A program made the translations under genes and the position numbers. From the NCBI RefSeq assembly GCF_002105155.1, contig NW_019028979.1, forward strand, positions 1,550,001-1,614,000: DNA of 64,000 bases, in the 5' to 3' direction. The stretch comes from Lobosporangium transversale. Lineage: Eukaryota. Below, in pieces: positions 49,983-60,313 of the stretch; within the stretch, counting starts at the first letter, position 1, and each line of letters begins with the position of its first letter. Under the pieces are notes generated by a model, which had not been told where the DNA came from, did not search any database, and saw only the letters and a list, made by a program, of their open reading frames with translations.

Positions 49983-51503
49983 TTAACGGTGTCTGTAAGG
50001 ATTATGTGCAGTCTGGTTATTCTGGCGATAATAAGACTCGTTTGGAGAGGTATAATTGTTGTAATCATCATAGCTATAGTCATTCTGATCGTAAGACTGA
50101 CCATGGGAATTGTATGACTGGGATGGATGCTGCTGAGGGAGATAATATTCTTCTTCTGATGGAAGATCATTATAATAAGAATTGTGTTGTTGTTGACGCT
50201 GTTGTTGACGCTGATATTGTTGTTCTTGACTCTGTGGCCGTGAATGTGGCGGCGACTGTGGTGAATATTGGTTGTACTCGAAGGGTGTAGGGTTTGAGAT
50301 GTATGGCTTGGAAAGCCTAATTGACTTGACAGCTTGTTCCTTGGCTTTTTTGCGACGGTAAAAAATGAAACCCCCAACTAATAACGCAACCAGAACAACA
50401 CCACCAATACTTCCTGCAATGATAGGCACTAAGTTTGTGGAACTGGACCCCGAAGTCCCAATATACTCTGTTGTCCATGATGAGGTCTTCAAGTTATACA
50501 CGAACGTGTTATTATCACTCGAAGCATCGTTACCTAGTCCACCCCAAGAAATCAACTGCTCATTGGAGATTGCACACACATGTCCTGCACGTCCTCCATT
50601 ATTACCAATGTCCGGCCCTCGAGTCCAGGTTAGGGTTGCCACATCCAAGATATAAATGTCATTCTGAGCATTTCCATTCTGAGCAGGTGGAACGGGATCT
50701 CCTTGACCTCCAAAAAGAACCATCTTGGTGCCGCCATACGCAGGAACAAAACATGCTAGCCGGCGAGCCGTGGGGATATCTCCTCTAGGCGTCAACAGCT
50801 TCCAACCACTTTCTGGACTATAGAAATAAAGATCGCTTCGAGTGTTGGGCGTGTTGATTACAGATCCTCCAAAGAGAAGCAATCCCTTCAAAGTTGATGC
50901 CCAAACTACAGAGAAGTTGATAACTTGAACCAGATTTGAAGTCATGATATTGTGCTGAACTGTTTTGTCGGATGTTGAATATACCATCAATTCAACAGGT
51001 CCTCCTCCACCTTTGCTAAAGACATACCCATTAGGTATATACACTTTCCCATTTTCCGGGTCGACTGCTGCACTTAGACCATGGCTCGTACTGAGAGTGT
51101 TGTATTTCCCTACAGTCGACCAAGTTCCTGAAGGTATATTGTAGAGATATACGGTGCTATTAGAGATGACGAACCAATCCTTATTGTTCGGCAGGAGCAC
51201 ACTAGTGAACCTTGCGTCCGTGATACCATCCGCCATGCGTTTATAAGCAGGGCTGGAGGTGCTCCAAGATTTTGAAAGGTCGATGGAAAACATCTGAGCC
51301 ATTAGAGAATCATCTCCTCCGAAGCCACCGAGGACATACATGGTCTGGCCATCAATGTATGCGCTAGTTGATAGAAACCCTGGTCTTGGTTGATAAGACG
51401 GAGGCTGTGTTTGGGCATGAGAGAGAGATGAGATAATAGATAAGGCAAGAAGAAGGACGGAAAGGAGCCATGTTGCTCGGAATGGAGAGATGTCTGGCCT
51501 CAT
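49983..51503 (-). CDS. Kelch-ectodomain type I single-pass membrane protein, copy B (intronless)
   Basis: Signal peptide ending SHAQ; MYVLGG..DLSKSW, CFVPAYGGTKMVLFGG and LISWGG; TM IIAGSIGGVVLVALLVGGFIFY followed by RRKK; Q/N/Y-rich tail. Confidence 0.88.
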   Translation of the reverse strand: MRPDISPFRATWLLSVLLLALSIISSLSHAQTQPPSYQPRPGFLSTSAYIDGQTMYVLGGFGGDDSLMAQMFSIDLSKSWSTSSPAYKRMADGITDARFTSVLLPNNKDWFVISNSTVYLYNIPSGTWSTVGKYNTLSTSHGLSAAVDPENGKVYIPNGYVFSKGGGGPVELMVYSTSDKTVQHNIMTSNLVQVINFSVVWASTLKGLLLFGGSVINTPNTRSDLYFYSPESGWKLLTPRGDIPTARRLACFVPAYGGTKMVLFGGQGDPVPPAQNGNAQNDIYILDVATLTWTRGPDIGNNGGRAGHVCAISNEQLISWGGLGNDASSDNNTFVYNLKTSSWTTEYIGTSGSSSTNLVPIIAGSIGGVVLVALLVGGFIFYRRKKAKEQAVKSIRLSKPYISNPTPFEYNQYSPQSPPHSRPQSQEQQYQRQQQRQQQHNSYYNDLPSEEEYYLPQQHPSQSYNSHGQSYDQNDYSYDDYNNYTSPNESYYRQNNQTAHNPYRHR

Positions 51504-52318
51504 TAAAATTGAATACAGTCTTTACAACAATGGTCAATATTTATTGCATATAATAAGTTTAAGAAAACGTGGGGGCAGGAAAAGAGGAGACACAGAAGGA
51601 TAAAAGAGTTGATGCCACTGAATTTTTACAGGATGCTGAGAACAAATCAGAAATGGATTAAAAAAGATGATGAGAGAATGCAAAAGAAGTGGAAAAAGAA
51701 CAAATGGTGGTATGAAGAGATGATTAGTTCAAATTCTGAGAAGATCCGTCCATTGGATGCCTGCATCTTTGTGAAGACCAGAGGGGCGAGAGGGGAAAAT
51801 GATTCAGAGACAGGGCTCTCTGTGCACTACAAAACAAATAAAGTTATTATTTTTTGATCCAATGCTTTGCCTTCGGTTCTTTTTTGAACCTCAGTGCAAT
51901 AGGGGTTTTTTACGCACTGTCCCTTGGAAGGGAGCGCTCTACAGTTTCCAATGTTTTGAGAAAGATTAGCTTTGGTCATGCAGTTGAGAGAACAGGTAAG
52001 CAATTTGATTACAATGTCTCATCTTTTTTGTCCGTCCTTGCATACCTCCTTTGTTTTTTTTATTTTTTTATTGAGAGGACAAAGAAGAAAAACCCACGTT
52101 TAGTACATAATAGATAATAGATAATAGATAATAATAACAATAATAATACATAATCATAATCATAATAGTAGCAATGGTAGTAATAGTAGCTTCCACTTTG
52201 GAACAGAAAATCAAGAGATGCCGTTTGGAATAGCAGTTGTTTCAGCATTCACACTTCCATTTTGGTTCGAAAACAGCCTTTCATATCTCGATAATTGCTC
52301 GCGAGTCAACATTTCGCC

Positions 52319-53190
52319 TCAAATCGCTGTTGTTCCAAGGCTCTGCTGAAGCAATTGGTTCTGGCATGATTGCCGAGGTTGTAACACAGCTTGTTGCATG
52401 TTGAAATGATGCTGTGATACCGGCATTGCCACCTGATTCGGATGCTGAGGAGCATAATAAACATATATATATTGACCATGGCTTCGATTTGATGGCAATG
52501 GCTGCGGGGTGATCATAATAACAGCCGGCTCACCTCTTATAGAGCCAACCCATGTCCGCCACTCACGCCATCCCCAGAAACAGTAGCTTGATTTTTTTCG
52601 CCTTTCTTGTGGCGCTTTAATCCTGGTGCCCACACAACCATGAAGTTAATAAGTAAGTAATCATTGGCTGTTGGTTTTGGTCGTATAAATACTCTTCTGT
52701 TGCTCCATTTGGAATATAGACATCCTCCGTCGTAGATCAGCAGCGGCTGCTAGCCCGTGTCCATTGGTGGAAAATAAGCTATGACTAGGCCGCTTCCAGC
52801 CGTTGGTTGCAAATTCATAGCTGTAGGTTGTATCATTGATGAGGATAAACCATTCTTGATTGTCTTTCATGAGAGTGCCCGCAAATCGTATGGTCTGCGT
52901 ACTCAGGAGGAAGTCGTTAGAAAGGGGGCTCAAGATTTGGATAGGTCAATGTAAAACATTTTGTTGGTAAGATGATATTTTTTGCCACCGTTGAGGACAT
53001 AACCGCTCAGAACGTATAAGGCCTTATTCTCTATGAACACGCTGTTGCTATAAAGGGCAGGCTTGGGTGTGTAAGACTGGGTATGAGTGAGGATTGGAGA
53101 GAGAAGAAGAATGAATAATGTGAATACTACTACAGTCAATTTGCCTAATAACGCTGTAGGCGCAACACCTGATAGGTATTTCGATGGCAT
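52319..53190 (-). pseudogene. Kelch-TM family pseudogene (copy C) with stop, frameshifts and internal deletion
   Basis: Signal peptide plus ALYVLSG..DLSKS* (TGA where paralogues have Trp). RFAGTLMKDNQEWFILIN and EPAVIMITPQPL match copy D's RFPGALMKNNQEWFVLIN and DPPVILVAPEPL. Confidence 0.8.
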
Positions 53191-53709
53191 GAGAAAACTC
53201 GAGTAAAGAAAAGGGAGATAGGACGAGCTATAAGACAAGTAAAGGAGGAATGAAAAGAAGGAGAGAAGAGGGTGAATAATGCATCACAACGATGGCGAAG
53301 ACTGAAGAAAGAAAAAAAAGACTACCTAATCTTTATCGCGCAGGCCATGGACTCGATTACTTATGTGCATTGTTCAATTATTCACCGAAATAACAGCAAA
53401 GGATTGAATAGAAAAAAAAAAAAAAAAAAAAAAAAAAAGAAAGTCTTTCCAATGTTCATCAGCCGTACTTAGTACCACGGAATAGTACTGCACGCTACTT
53501 TCCTGGCTGCAAGTCTGGATGTTCAAGTTGCAAGTTTGATTAATTAAAATGCAGGCGCATTTCATCGAAGTTGCTTTCATTTGACATTTGATAATTAATA
53601 AAGCACATCTGAATTGTATATCTTTATACTTTCTGTAGAATAACGCGTTCTGCACAAAGATAGTTAAAAGTTTATTACTCTAAATAGTCAAGGCTATTTT
53701 TTTTACGCT

Positions 53710-55791
53710 TTAGCCTACTTGTGAGGATTGAGAGGGGCCGGGGCTAGGGAATGTCGCTGCGTTCGTAGTGACCCCACCAGTCATGTTTTGCTCAGATATT
53801 AGTCTTTCAAGTCTAGCATATTGTTGGCGAGTCATCATATCAGCCTGTGCCCGCTGCTGTTCTAGGGCTCTTTGCTCCTCAGGGTCAACATAAGTGGAGG
53901 CTTCTGGGGCAAGTGTTCGTGGCTGGTCTACAAATCCTTCTTGAGGATTAGATGGTCTATGAACTATGGTTGAAGCAGGGGAAGCAGGAGAAGACTGTAG
54001 CTCTGCTTGAGCCCCTGGTTGGCTTTGGAGCGCTGACTGAGGCCGTGGTTGGAGGACTGGAGGAGCTTGAGCTTGGTGCGATGGCTGAGACTGAAACTGG
54101 TGCGACGGCTGAGACTGAAACTGGTGCGATGGCTCGGACTGGGGCCCTACTTGAGAATCTGGCTGGGACCCCGGCAGAGGCCCAAATATCGACTGGTGTT
54201 GGGGCGCTGGCAGAAGCTGGACTGAGTTGTACCATGTATGTTGCGGCGTCACTGGTACCTGATGCACTAATTGTGATGCTTGAACCTGGTCAGAATGCAA
54301 GCTAGGAAGCGTCTGCAGTCCTTGTTCCTGAGCCGGTGCTTGCGGTTGTACTTGCACTGGTGACTGTAGTAGCGATTGTACCTGTACATGTTCTTGCACT
54401 GGTGAGGTTAGCGCCTGATGCGGAATAGCGTGATAACTAAATGGGGACTGAGCTAGTGGCTCGGGAGCGACCAAGATTACAGGCGGGTCCACGTCTGGTG
54501 GAGCCACCAGTTCGACCTCACCATTAAGTTTAGCAACAGACTTCTGTTGTCTCTTATTATTCTTATGACGCGAAAGCAGCGTCCCAATCAGAGCAAATAG
54601 AATCACAGTGCCAACGATAGCACCAATGATTACTAGTAGATTGGAAGATGAACTTTGGCTATCACTAGATGAGGCTGCAGTTGGGGGGACATAGAGCGGG
54701 TCGGTGGAGCTCTGTCGCGTGGGACCGCTAGAACCGGTGGTGTACTCTGTTGTCCACCTTGAGGTCTTGAGGTTGTATATAAGAATGGGATTGATAGTGG
54801 CGCTGGATACAGGAAAACCTCCCCAGACAATTAGCTGGTCGTTACTGAAGGCGCACACATGTGCGGCCCGTGCTCCTGTCGGTCCAACATCAACGCCTCG
54901 TGTCCATGTTAATGTGGCGACGTCAAGGATGTAGATATCTCCGAGAGTAGGGCCACTATCCGATGTTGATGCTCCAGTTCCCTGGCCTCCAAACAGAATC
55001 ATTTTAGTGCCTGAATATGCAGGAATAAAACAGCCCAAGCGTCGAGCTGAGGGTTTTATTCCATTAGCCTGCAGTACCTCCCATCCACCTCGCTTACTAT
55101 AAGCGTACAAGGCATCATGAGCTATTGATGTGTCGATCGTAGATCCACCAAAGATTAACAAGCTATTCCTTCCCGGGGCCCAAGTGGTCATGTAATTAAT
55201 CACTCGAAGAAGTCCTGGTTGCTGGGGCTCCTCATAAAAGTAATCGTTTGTTTCTGGATGGTAGGCCATCAGATGTCTTCCTGTAGTGGGAGAATAGTGT
55301 CCGTTTGGAATATAAACCCAGCCAGAGACAGGGTCTGTAGCAGCAGCTAGCCCAAGGCCTGGAGGGTCAAGAAATTGTCCATGTCGCTGCCAGATCCTTG
55401 CACCAAGGTTATAACTGTATGTTGTAGTGTTAATGAGGACGAACCATTCCTGGTTATTCTTCATGAGTGCGCCAGGAAACCGCACACCCCCATAGCCATC
55501 TGGAAGTCGTTGATATAGTGGATTGCTTACTCGCCAAGGTTTTGATAAATCAAGTGAAAACATTTGTGCTGTGATCGGATCTGATGGTAAAGCGCTGTGG
55601 GCATAGCCGCCTAGGACATACATAGCCTTACTCTCTATAAACACGCTATTGCTGGCGTAGGCCGGCATAGGCTCATAGTATTGTGCATGAATGGATAGTG
55701 GAGTAAGAACCGAAATCGAGTATATGAACAGGATAGCCAGCCTGCAGAATGGTGCTGCAACTAAGGGGTAAGAAGTGTGGATCAACAGCAT
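53710..55791 (-). CDS. Kelch-ectodomain type I single-pass membrane protein, copy D (intronless)
   Basis: ATG 55791 gives a signal peptide ending IHAQ, with a TATA-like TATATAA ~90 bp upstream; Kelch blades; TM LLVIIGAIVGTVILFALIGTLL; Q/P-rich tail. Confidence 0.85.
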   Translation of the reverse strand: MLLIHTSYPLVAAPFCRLAILFIYSISVLTPLSIHAQYYEPMPAYASNSVFIESKAMYVLGGYAHSALPSDPITAQMFSLDLSKPWRVSNPLYQRLPDGYGGVRFPGALMKNNQEWFVLINTTTYSYNLGARIWQRHGQFLDPPGLGLAAATDPVSGWVYIPNGHYSPTTGRHLMAYHPETNDYFYEEPQQPGLLRVINYMTTWAPGRNSLLIFGGSTIDTSIAHDALYAYSKRGGWEVLQANGIKPSARRLGCFIPAYSGTKMILFGGQGTGASTSDSGPTLGDIYILDVATLTWTRGVDVGPTGARAAHVCAFSNDQLIVWGGFPVSSATINPILIYNLKTSRWTTEYTTGSSGPTRQSSTDPLYVPPTAASSSDSQSSSSNLLVIIGAIVGTVILFALIGTLLSRHKNNKRQQKSVAKLNGEVELVAPPDVDPPVILVAPEPLAQSPFSYHAIPHQALTSPVQEHVQVQSLLQSPVQVQPQAPAQEQGLQTLPSLHSDQVQASQLVHQVPVTPQHTWYNSVQLLPAPQHQSIFGPLPGSQPDSQVGPQSEPSHQFQSQPSHQFQSQPSHQAQAPPVLQPRPQSALQSQPGAQAELQSSPASPASTIVHRPSNPQEGFVDQPRTLAPEASTYVDPEEQRALEQQRAQADMMTRQQYARLERLISEQNMTGGVTTNAATFPSPGPSQSSQVG
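54074..54141. repeat. In-frame 24-bp tandem repeat (~2.8 copies) encoding SQPSHQFQ
   Basis: Unit TGGTGCGA(T/C)GGCTGAGACTGAAAC at 54074, 54098 and 54122 (partial). Confidence 0.9.
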
Positions 55792-56883
55792 GACAACACG
55801 AGTGAAGCAAAGATTGGAAGGAGGGGAGGAGGTACGCAAGGAAAGAAGGCGCAAAAAAAGAAGGAGAAGCGGCACGATATTATATAAAGCGAAGGCAAAA
55901 GCGCTGGCGAGATCACCAGAAAATGCCGAAAAGAAAAGATTTGTCTGTTTAACAGCAAAGAATAGAAGGCTCACCATCATGAGCTCAATGCACAACCAAA
56001 ACATTTGGGTCTAGATGCAAAAATCCAGTCAAGACGCGTGTACATTGTACATGTAAACAATTGTAAATAAAAAGCAACAACATGCATCAAAGTTTTATTG
56101 TATTAGCTTCTACGGACTTGAAGATATTCAGAGAGGTGCGAATCAGAAAGCGCATCTCCGCCTGTGTTTACGATATGCTCCGCGCGTCGATGTATTATTT
56201 ATGAGATATCTGGATATAATTAAGAACACTGGTATACCTTGACCCCCTTTCTCATCTGATGTAGACACGAAGAGCATAGTAGACATATACTAGCCATGGC
56301 TTTGGTCCAATAGCAATGATCCCGAAATCAGTCGGCTTACCCCTGGTAGAGTTATCGTATCTCCACCACTCACTGTATCCCTTGCATCCAGTGGTTTTCG
56401 CCGGTGGATCTTGCACCGTGATGCAAGGCTTTCGGTATGGTGAACTACCACTCAGAAAATCTTCGACGTCGGTGGTTTCTGCTGTACCAAGGGCGGATTA
56501 GGGTATTTTCGTTTTAAGGTACATGACAGTGCTACTTGTAGACCAATGGTGCATCGCACCAACCAGGCCCACTGGTGAAAAAATATCTGAGTTTTGGTGA
56601 AAAAAAAAAAAAAATGCACCGGCGAAAATCGCTTTATTGCTATTATCATTTACCTGGTCTGTTACAAAGAGCGGTTCTGGACTGTGCCGTCTACGAGAGC
56701 GACTGTAGATTTCCTACCCTTGGACTCATCATGGGGTCAATAGAAAGGAAAATCAGATGCATCAAGGCGTGGAAAGGTTGGATTTGTAGTTGCTGTAAGG
56801 ATAAGGTTTTCAAAGATGCACTTTTTTTTTTGAGAAAGGCTCTCTGCATCATGCCTAGAACACTAAGTACGAGCCTGCACGGA

Positions 56884-56914
<31 letters not shown>

Positions 56915-57076
56915 GGCGCAGTAAAATACAATGTTGGTTGCTATCAATTAGTCTTTTTCCTTAAGCATGCACTAGTAAGTCATTTTATCATTGTTATTAT
57001 CTTAAAATATATACATTTCTTTATTATCTACTCTGCTATCAATTGCGTAAAACTAGGGTATTAAAATAATGACCAT

Positions 57077-58747
57077 TTAGCGATCAATATAGTCGCCAGG
57101 CTGCTCTGAGGACAAGCCTGGTGATGCATTTGCAGAAGATATTATACTGGGCTGGGGCGAAAGCAAGGTTTTGTTGCTGTCTGGGGATAAACCTGGAACT
57201 GCATTCGGCGGAACAAATGGCTTGGGTTGATAGGGCGTGTACTGCATTTTTGGCTGAGGATGGCTGTTTGGCTGAAAGGGCAGCGGCACAACATTTTGTA
57301 CCGCTAGGCCATCTGCTGTTGGCACTGGAAAAGACACGTGAGGCGATGGTACTAGTGATGTTGATGGGCCATACGCCTGTATATACGATCCACGTTGTTG
57401 TTGATTACTGAACATCAATGGATCATAGTCCTTAATCTCTTCCTTCTGCGATTCCACAACTGGTATGGGGAGATTTGATGAGTTTCCTTTCTCTATGGTG
57501 CCGGCTTCAGGGGAGGTGGGCGGGGGCGTGGATCCCTTGATAGAGGCTGACTTGCGGCGATATATCATAATGAGCCCAACCACAAGCGCGATTGCCGCTA
57601 CGCCCCCAATACTTCCTCCAATGATAGCCCCCAGATTAGGCTTGGGAGAGTGTTCTGGCGGAGTAGTTTGGGTTGTGGAGGGTTGAGCTAAGGGAGATTG
57701 AGACTGATTTGTGGGAGATTGGACTGTAGGAGAATAGTCTTCAACCCACCGCCCCTCCTTAATGTTATAAATTAGTAATGGGCTGGCGATATTGCCATTC
57801 GAGGAGCCGCCCCAGGAGATGAAGAGGTCGTTGGTAATAGCGCATGCTGATCCAAGGCGTGCAGACCCAGCACCATCACCAGAATAAGGAGTGCCCTTTG
57901 TCCAGGCCCAACTACCAACGTCGAGGATATATATATCATTTATTGCAGGACCATCAGGACTATCGACTTGCCCACCAAACAGGACCATCTTGGTGCCATT
58001 GTAGGCGGGGACGAGACAGGCCGATCCACGCGGCGTAGGTATATCTCCCGTGGCGCTCAGTCCTTTCCATCCATTCCCAGGGCTATATGCATACAGATTA
58101 TTCCTTGGAATATTTGAAATAAAGCCCCCAAAAACAAGCAAATTCTTCGAGACGGTTGACCACACTACTGAACTATCCGTAAGATTTGCCAGATCTGGAT
58201 GGTTGGTCTCATCTGTGTTGTAGTAGGTCTGATTTTCTACTGTAGAATAGGACATCAGGACATTAGTGTTTTTATCGAGATATCCACCTGGAATATAGAT
58301 TATGCCTGTTTCTGGGTCTGCTGCTCCACTTAGGTAATATTCCGATGCCAAACTGGTATTATTGCCAACTAAATGCCATTTTTTCGTGGGTATGTGGTAG
58401 AAATAGACGTTATCTTGTGATAAAATGTACCATCTCTGTTTGTCTGCTAGTAAAGCGCTCGGATGTGCATAATCCGCTGGACCGCCATCGGATATTTTTT
58501 GATATGATGGCCTAGAGGTGCTCCATGGAGTGGAAAGATCGAGCGAGAAAGCTTGTGGCGATGGCGTATTATTTTTATCAGCACCACCTGAGACATATAG
58601 GGCTTGGCCCTCGATGAATACACTGGTCGAGCTCGATAATACGGTTGGTCCAAAAGGTTGCGCATGGATACCGGCTACCAGAGACACGTACAAGATCGAC
58701 GTGAAGATGCACCTCGTAAAGGAGGAATGAAGAATTGATGGTCTCAT
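57077..58747 (-). CDS. Kelch-ectodomain type I single-pass membrane protein, copy E (intronless)
   Basis: Signal peptide ending IHAQ; LYVSGG..DLSTPW, CLVPAYNGTKMVLFGG and FISWGG; TM GAIIGGSIGGVAAIALVVGLIMIY followed by RRK; Pro-rich tail. Confidence 0.88.
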   Translation of the reverse strand: MRPSILHSSFTRCIFTSILYVSLVAGIHAQPFGPTVLSSSTSVFIEGQALYVSGGADKNNTPSPQAFSLDLSTPWSTSRPSYQKISDGGPADYAHPSALLADKQRWYILSQDNVYFYHIPTKKWHLVGNNTSLASEYYLSGAADPETGIIYIPGGYLDKNTNVLMSYSTVENQTYYNTDETNHPDLANLTDSSVVWSTVSKNLLVFGGFISNIPRNNLYAYSPGNGWKGLSATGDIPTPRGSACLVPAYNGTKMVLFGGQVDSPDGPAINDIYILDVGSWAWTKGTPYSGDGAGSARLGSACAITNDLFISWGGSSNGNIASPLLIYNIKEGRWVEDYSPTVQSPTNQSQSPLAQPSTTQTTPPEHSPKPNLGAIIGGSIGGVAAIALVVGLIMIYRRKSASIKGSTPPPTSPEAGTIEKGNSSNLPIPVVESQKEEIKDYDPLMFSNQQQRGSYIQAYGPSTSLVPSPHVSFPVPTADGLAVQNVVPLPFQPNSHPQPKMQYTPYQPKPFVPPNAVPGLSPDSNKTLLSPQPSIISSANASPGLSSEQPGDYIDR

Positions 58748-58815
58748 TCAGAGAGTATGAAAGCTAACGAGAGTTATGATAGTGGAGGGAAGCATGTAAA
58801 GGTATGATTGGGATG

Positions 58816-58882
58816 AGAAAGAGAGAGATGTAAGGTATGATTAGAAAGAGAGAGATGTAAGGTATGATTAGAAAGAGAGAGA
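58816..58882. repeat. 27-bp tandem repeat (2.5 copies) just upstream of Kelch copy E
   Basis: AGAAAGAGAGAGATGTAAGGTATGATT at 58816 and 58843, partial copy at 58870. Confidence 0.9.
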
Positions 58883-59528
58883 AGCAGAAACAAGTGAAGG
58901 TGATGTGCATGCAGGATTGGGCTGTGGTGTTATTATGCATTTGCCTTAGGGCAAATTTTGCTCCAACATCAAAGAAAAAGTAGGGGAAACTTAGCCCTGA
59001 AGAAAACTATATGTTTATCAACATATCCGAATTGATGTTTGCCCCAACCCTCTTTTATGATTTTGATCCAAGAAAAAAAGGGATGTAATTGCGATATTCA
59101 TCATATACATGGGGCCGATAATCTTGGCGGTCTCTAACCTCGAGGGTAAGAGTAAGAAGCCTCAGATAGTTCACGGACAACTATTGAAGTACGGCACATT
59201 TTCTTTAAAAAAGAGGATCTGCGGCTAACTTTAAAATTTTTACGACACGTGCGTTTTGCTAGTCTCTCAGTGTTGATTGTTGTTACACATTTTAGGGTAA
59301 GAGTAAATATCCTTTTTATCTTTCTTTCGGAAGAAATTCTAAGAATAGGCTAATTCACTGGCGAGAGTCATGGACACTTCAGGCTTTTGACAAACAAAGA
59401 CACCTTTGTCTGTAAACAATGCATGCGCTGAGTCCTTCCAATCTTTCATTCCATACTGTGTAACAAACAATTTTCTTAATCTTTTTCTCCCGGGGCTTGA
59501 CAATGGTACGACCGTTCTGAATGCCTTG

Positions 59529-59563
<35 letters not shown>

Positions 59564-60313
59564 AAGCGCCATACTCTTGTACTAAAGAGAGCGTTCCCGA
59601 AGAAATCCTTGGTATATAATCACATACTTTAATACTTGTAAACCAGCAATCGGAGAGGATGGAGTGGCTGATGATTGTGGATAGGATTTCACAATCTGAA
59701 TATTCTAGGGATTCAGATCATGAATATAAGGAGACTCCAGTAGAATGATCAGTATTCGTGGGAGGAAACTGGCGAACATGAACCCATCGATCTCAAGAGC
59801 ACACTTTTGGGCCCTTATCTCGAAGTGAAAGTGAACTCATCCACGCCTAACCATTTGAACTGTAGGCTTGTAGCCTTCCCTTGACCTCTCCTCTTAATGG
59901 TAAACTCTTGAAACATTAAAGTGCTCCAGTAATGAGGAGAACAACCAGGCGTCGCCTCTCATCGCCGAGCTTTCTCCGACTAATGGACTATGGGTGGGCC
60001 TATCCCTTCGACTGTAAACTACTAAATCCATGAATGTTACAAAAGATTGCAGTGCAACAGAGCAATGCACAAATATTTTGTGGCACCCTAATGTGGTATG
60101 GTGTTTTTTTTTTTTTTTTTTTTTTCACCTAATATATACAAATATATATATGTCATGTAGTGACGATGATCCCGGATGTGGAAGGATGATCCACGAAACA
60201 GCTTGCGCCTATACCGCTTGAGTATAGAGAGGATATAGGTCAGGACCGTTTATACAAGACTATAATAAATAGTGAGGTTATTTATTATAGTCCACAGTTT
60301 TCATGGGGTAACA

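Noticed and set aside
55792..56004. Long hydrophobic N-terminal extension of Kelch copy D
   Set aside because: Spans a TATA-like element and a pyrimidine-rich leader; ATG 55791 gives a signal peptide comparable to the paralogues.
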